Positions 56,054 to 59,751 of a DNA stretch of 59,751 nucleotides are shown here, piece after piece (position 1 is the stretch's first letter; each line of letters starts with the position of its first letter). Source of the DNA: a virus. Taxonomy: Duplodnaviria; Caudoviricetes. Made by a program: the position numbers and the translations under genes. Location: the IMG/VR virus record IMGVR_UViG_3300044608_001438, positions 1 through 59,751 of that record; one strand, 5' to 3'. A model generated the notes under the pieces. That model did not search any database, was not told the origin of the DNA, and worked only from the letters and a program-made list of their open reading frames with translations.

Positions 56054-56071
56054 ACTCCTTGTTCGTCGTAC

Positions 56072-56285
56072 CTAATCCGCGATCACCAACGCAGTGAGGC
56101 GTTCCAACTTTGCAAACAACTTCTCGCTTGGTCGCTTGCCTGTCTTGTAGCACGCAATGTATTCGTCCTTTGCCGCGACAAGATCTCGGAGAAAATCACG
56201 CTCCATCACCAGCATTCGCCCTTGCTCGCTGTCGTTCGCAATCTCCGCTGCTTCTAACTCTGAAATCCGTCTGAACTTGCTCATT
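56072..56285 (-). CDS. Hypothetical protein
   Basis: ORF track (internal ATG, MSKFRR; start approximate). Confidence 0.55.
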
Positions 56286-56486
56286 GCTTTTGTATCCTTT
56301 GAACCAATACCAAACTCGCTCAAACCAAAACGGTCGCCCGCAATCTCGGCAAATCAACCTGTCGTGCGGATTGCCGCGCCAACCAACGATCTCTGACCCC
56401 CAAAAGAATCCGTATCCGTCGCACTTGCAGACAGGACGACGAACAATCGAATCCACCGAAGTCCTACTTGCGGCTTTTTCTGACAT
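56196..56486 (-). CDS. Hypothetical protein with Cys motifs (its 5' end is repeated at 1-48)
   Basis: ORF track. Confidence 0.5.
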   Translation of the reverse strand: MSEKAASRTSVDSIVRRPVCKCDGYGFFWGSEIVGWRGNPHDRLICRDCGRPFWFERVWYWFKGYKSNEQVQTDFRVRSSGDCERQRARANAGDGA

Positions 56487-56565
56487 GGATGCTTTTCCTT
56501 TACGGACTCGGTGATTCGTAGCGTTAAAAATTACAAATCACCCAACACGAACTAGCCGCACCTTG
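56439..56565. repeat. Exact repeat of 1-127
   Basis: Direct comparison. Confidence 0.95.
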
Positions 56566-56816
56566 TCGCCAGAGGCCAAGACGTCGATCGAAATCAAGTC
56601 ATGGACATCATGAATCGTAGCAGGAACGCAGCGTTGCCCCGCCTCCGTCGTCAATTCCTTGCCGCCTTCCACATGCCCAACCGTTCCATCTAGCCTCTGA
56701 TATTCAATCTCTTCGGTTGCTTCATGCACCCTCACTAGAAGCCCAGTCTCTACATGTTGAAAAATCATGTCTGCCTCCATCATCACAAAACCAAAACCAA
56801 TGGATCGAGCAGACAC
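56538..56816 (-). CDS. Hypothetical protein, allele B (homolog of 100-387)
   Basis: See allele A. Confidence 0.75.
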   Translation of the reverse strand: MSARSIGFGFVMMEADMIFQHVETGLLVRVHEATEEIEYQRLDGTVGHVEGGKELTTEAGQRCVPATIHDVHDLISIDVLASGDKVRLVRVG

Positions 56817-56863
56817 ACGCCGCCGATCCAGTCTCCGCTAGGCGGCTGGTCCACCTTGACGGA

Positions 56864-57061
56864 CTATTGACACCAAACGCTGTACCCGTAAAGCGTCGGT
56901 GATTCTATCCAACAGCAGCCTTCTTTACCGAGATTTGCTTTTTGCTTTTCCGTCAGATTGATCTGATCGTAATTGCCTTGCTCTCTCAGTTCTCGTTGCG
57001 AGTCAGAAAGTACGGCAAGCCACTTTTGTTTTTTCGTCAGCACGATCTCGCCTTCATTCAT
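56864..57061 (-). CDS. Hypothetical protein, allele B
   Basis: TGATG coupling. Confidence 0.6.
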   Translation of the reverse strand: MNEGEIVLTKKQKWLAVLSDSQRELREQGNYDQINLTEKQKANLGKEGCCWIESPTLYGYSVWCQ

Positions 57062-57264
57062 CACTTCCCAACCTCCACGCTCGATGGCGGCTCTGGAATT
57101 CTCTTCATAAATCGCCCACACACTTCACATTTGGGGGATCGTTCCCCAGTGCCGTGAACAGGGCAGCTTTCGTCTGGTTCTAATGCTAATTGGTAGCAGC
57201 AGCACTCATTAGATTTGCGGCAAACATGCGTTCGATCAATCTCCTGCATTAAAACGTCACTCAC
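57061..57264 (-). CDS. Small Cys-rich protein, allele B
   Basis: CCC, CPVHG, CEVCG. Confidence 0.7.
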   Translation of the reverse strand: MSDVLMQEIDRTHVCRKSNECCCYQLALEPDESCPVHGTGERSPKCEVCGRFMKRIPEPPSSVEVGK

Positions 57265-57289
57265 TTCCCCACCTCCCTATGCAATGGCG

Positions 57290-57628
57290 TCATGCAGACG
57301 CTGTTCTAAATGTAGTTTGCAATCGCGTCATGTCAGATGCTTTTAACATCGTCTTGTTTTTTGTATCGTAAATATCTCCGCTGCGGAATACAGCGTACCT
57401 CTTGAAAGTGTTTTTTGCTCTGCTCGATAGGTGCTTGTGATACCCAATCTGCCATAACACTCTACAGTTAAAGTGATGGCGAAATATGCAAGCTACGCTA
57501 AAAGGCGACGGATGGGAGTACCCAGTTACCAAAGATAGTTCTTTGTACTGAGGAGACTCGTGCTTCGCATCTAAGCAAGCAGCGTCAAACTCAATCAATT
57601 CTTCAATTAATGACAGGTCGTAATCCAT
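57290..57628 (-). CDS. Hypothetical AT-rich gene, allele B
   Basis: TGATG coupling at the linker. Confidence 0.6.
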   Translation of the reverse strand: MDYDLSLIEELIEFDAACLDAKHESPQYKELSLVTGYSHPSPFSVACIFRHHFNCRVLWQIGYHKHLSSRAKNTFKRYAVFRSGDIYDTKNKTMLKASDMTRLQTTFRTASA

Positions 57629-57888
57629 CACTCCCCCTCCACGGCTGGCGGCTGTGTATTCTTGAGAATGTCTTCCAAGGTTCGCCAAGCGAAAAAATAT
57701 AAACAAGATTGCCACTGACTTTGCCTTAGAAATTCCAAATCACTGATAACACTGATAGCCTCGAAGTCGCCAGTCATCTTCTGACGTATTTCGTCCTTCC
57801 GCTCCTCAACCTCCTTGCGTGTCATGTCAAGCAAATTTCGCACACGCTTCAACTCACGCTCAACTTCTGCCCTCGTTGCGTCCATCAC
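57628..57888 (-). CDS. Hypothetical protein MDATR...QPPAVEGE, allele B
   Basis: Same termini as 1025-1201, unrelated core. Confidence 0.7.
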   Translation of the reverse strand: MMDATRAEVERELKRVRNLLDMTRKEVEERKDEIRQKMTGDFEAISVISDLEFLRQSQWQSCLYFFAWRTLEDILKNTQPPAVEGE

Positions 57889-58175
57889 TCTCTCCCTTCT
57901 GTTGCTGGCGGCCTGGGAAGTGGCATCCAGTGGGTCGGCTTGCGAAAGCGGTCACTCCTGCCAAGGCCAATCGTGATCCATTCGTTCAACGCATTTTTGC
58001 CAAGCTCCGGAGGGTAGTACAAAATCACGTTGCCAGACGGTGCCGTCTCGATCGGTTGCCATCCGGTCGACTCCCGCAGTTTAGCCACCTCCTTCCTCAG
58101 CCGCTCGATTTCCTTCGCCTGCGCCTTGATCGTCGCCGCAGCTACATCGTCAAGCAGATCAGACTTGTCAGCCAT
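57885..58175 (-). CDS. DUF551-like protein ending PPATEGRE
   Basis: WQPIETAP...PTHWMPLP. Confidence 0.8.
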   Translation of the reverse strand: MADKSDLLDDVAAATIKAQAKEIERLRKEVAKLRESTGWQPIETAPSGNVILYYPPELGKNALNEWITIGLGRSDRFRKPTHWMPLPRPPATEGRE

Positions 58176-58636
58176 CGCCCTCGCCCCTTTCAAAGTTTGG
58201 CGCTGCGTTTTTGCGCAGCCAATCCGCTTGCTTAGACAGCGCCGCATCCCGCGCCGCATCCCGCGCCGCCCTCGCCGCATCCCGCGCCGCAGACAGCGCC
58301 GCCCTCGCCGCATCCCGCGCCGCAGACCGCGCCGCATCCCGCGCCGCATCACTCGCCGCAGACAATTCCTCCGCTGTCGCCTCGCCTTTTGCGAATCGCT
58401 CGGCAACGTCGATCGCGTCGCGGCTACAGATGTTCAACCGATCGAGCGCAAAAAACCGCAAACAGCCTCAGCGTGCGATCGTCCAAGACGTCTGGGCGAG
58501 TTGCCACCCACACCAGCCACCCTGGGCAAGCAGTCACCCAAACGTCCGCCATCGCCTTGCAGTTGGCCAAAGCCCATTCGCGACCTTCCTTGCAGGCATA
58601 GTGCAGTTCGCAAAATTCAGCAATCGACATCATCAC
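58168..58636 (-). pseudogene. Frameshifted Ala/Arg-repeat protein gene, allele B
   Basis: The N-half homologous to 1581-1985 stops at TAG 58424; the C-half (SRDAIDVAERFAKGEAT...AARDAA...WLRK) is in another frame. Confidence 0.7.
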
Positions 58637-58863
58637 TCACCCACCTTTCGCACGAATCCCGTCAACGCCCAATCGGCCCAAGGATGGTAAGGCACCGCCT
58701 CCACCCTGTACGCACCACGCACGCCAGTAATCCGCAACGCCGACTTGCCAAGCTCCATCGCTTGCTGCTCGGTGTCCGCCCTGACGAACGAATCGCCGAG
58801 GTGGATGTTTCGGTTCTTGCCGGTATACGCTCGCACCCGCCACATCTGCCAGCCTAACATCAC
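58633..58863 (-). CDS. Hypothetical protein, allele B only
   Basis: GGTGAGTGATG junctions at both ends. Confidence 0.7.
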   Translation of the reverse strand: MMLGWQMWRVRAYTGKNRNIHLGDSFVRADTEQQAMELGKSALRITGVRGAYRVEAVPYHPWADWALTGFVRKVGE

Positions 58864-58949
58864 TCACCTCCCGTCAAGTAAACCGCCAAGATCAGCACGA
58901 ACACCGCCACGATGCCGATGAGATCGGCTAGGTTCAAATCACTCGCCAT
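58860..58949 (-). CDS. Small membrane peptide MASDLNLADLIGIVAVFVLILAVYLTGGE
   Basis: Homolog of 1982-2071. Confidence 0.75.
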   Translation of the reverse strand: MASDLNLADLIGIVAVFVLILAVYLTGGE

Positions 58950-59187
58950 CGCTGACCCGCTCCCAGATGGCCCAGCCTTCACGCTGGCAGACGCCAAAAT
59001 CATCCCGGCACGCTGGCAGATCGTAGCGGTCGATCGCCTCCTGGATGGCGTCGGTAAGCTTGTCTCCCTCGCTCCAGAATAAATCCCGCGTCCCGTCGCT
59101 CTTGACCGCACACACCCGCCAGCCGCTGTCCCAGCTAGCCGCTGCCTCAACATCCACCCGCACGATTTCAACTGTTGTTGTCGCCAT
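58939..59187 (-). CDS. Hypothetical protein, allele B
   Basis: AGGAG RBS; ends at the DGE* junction. Confidence 0.7.
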   Translation of the reverse strand: MATTTVEIVRVDVEAAASWDSGWRVCAVKSDGTRDLFWSEGDKLTDAIQEAIDRYDLPACRDDFGVCQREGWAIWERVSDGE

Positions 59188-59220
59188 GATCCGTTCTCCT
59201 GATGTTCGTCGTTAGAAAAA

Positions 59221-59247
59221 GCCACCCGGCCACTGCGACCGGGCGGC
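59221..59247 (-). terminator. Conserved cassette hairpin with U-tract
   Basis: aaaaaGCCACCCGGCCACTGCGACCGGGCGGC. Confidence 0.7.
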
Positions 59248-59256
59248 GTCGCACAA

Positions 59257-59481
59257 TCAGCCAGCCACAGCCCAAGCTGGCACGGCCACCACTTCGCCGC
59301 ACCCAATCTCTCGCACGATCGATTCAGCCAGCTCGACACTGGCGAACTGCCTGGACTGAACTAGGTCAGACCGCCAAGCAGGACCGACCTGGTTGATACC
59401 GGCGAAGTAAAAAAATTCGCCGCCGTACTGGCCGCAAGTGTTCTTGATCCGAATCGCGTAGACGGTTGCAAAGCTCATCAT
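59257..59481 (-). CDS. Hypothetical protein, first gene of promoter cassette (allele B)
   Basis: ATG follows the conserved leader. Confidence 0.7.
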   Translation of the reverse strand: MMSFATVYAIRIKNTCGQYGGEFFYFAGINQVGPAWRSDLVQSRQFASVELAESIVREIGCGEVVAVPAWAVAG

Positions 59482-59494
59482 CGTGTCTCCTGTT

Positions 59495-59663
59495 CCTCGT
59501 TCGTTCGAGTTGGTTTTCGTTCGCGGCTCGTTGCCGCGTCATGCCCTAATTATACACCCTACATCGGCCAGGACAACCCCAGCCGTTTAGTTTTTCGGAA
59601 AAATTCCGGATTATTTTTCGCCCCGGTTTTCCTTGGATTCTCGAAGGTCTCACGCGAGACCTT
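59495..59663 (-). promoter_or_regulatory. Early promoter cassette (allele B of copy 1)
   Basis: TTGTCC-16 nt-TATAAT, A-tract, leader, palindrome at 59644-59663. Confidence 0.85.
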
Positions 59664-59751
59664 GCCACGGATCGCTCCATTCCGGCCCCTGGTCGGCCAC
59701 CGCTCCAGCCGCCTCGGTCAGCACCCGGATCGCCATCTCCAGCGCGTCCGG
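59644..59751. repeat. Exact repeat of 3051-3158 (palindrome plus terL 3' end)
   Basis: 108 nt identical up to the window end. Confidence 0.95.

Noticed and set aside
58424-58426. TAG stop-codon reassignment
   Set aside because: The downstream half is in a different frame, and core genes are intact under the standard code.
3051-59663. Palindromes or hairpins as a CRISPR array or integron attC array
   Set aside because: Copies are kilobases apart with no regular spacers, and I recognised no cas or integron-integrase gene.

Overview
This is an apparently complete ~56.5-kb circular or circularly permuted tailed dsDNA phage genome of siphovirus type (terS/terL, portal, Mu-F-like head protein, protease/scaffold, HK97-fold MCP, tail tube, frameshifted tail chaperones, tape measure). 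Nearly all genes lie on the minus strand. A Planctomycetota host is my inference from protein-family style only. The window exceeds one genome length: 1-127 is identical to 56439-56565 and 3051-3158 is identical to 59644-59751, but the DNA between those anchors (128-3050 vs 56566-59643) is two different alleles of one ~3-kb early-gene module. Unrelated genes are swapped in that module between short conserved junction linkers. Main non-coding features: (i) a 20-bp palindrome AAGGTCWCRCGYGWGACCTT at 17 distinct sites across the genome, mostly at gene ends; (ii) a repeated promoter cassette (palindrome, A-tracts, sigma70-like promoter, conserved leader, gene, conserved hairpin); (iii) three aberrant tRNA-like RNAs. 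Also present are a Cys/poly-Thr mucin-like tail protein next to two glycosyltransferases, a C5 methyltransferase with a second subunit in an overlapping frame, a deleted mom-like gene, DnaN, SSB, ERF, RusA, two helicases and two ParB-like proteins. I recognised no integrase, DNA polymerase, primase or classical endolysin. All product calls come from motif recognition by eye; no database searches were run.
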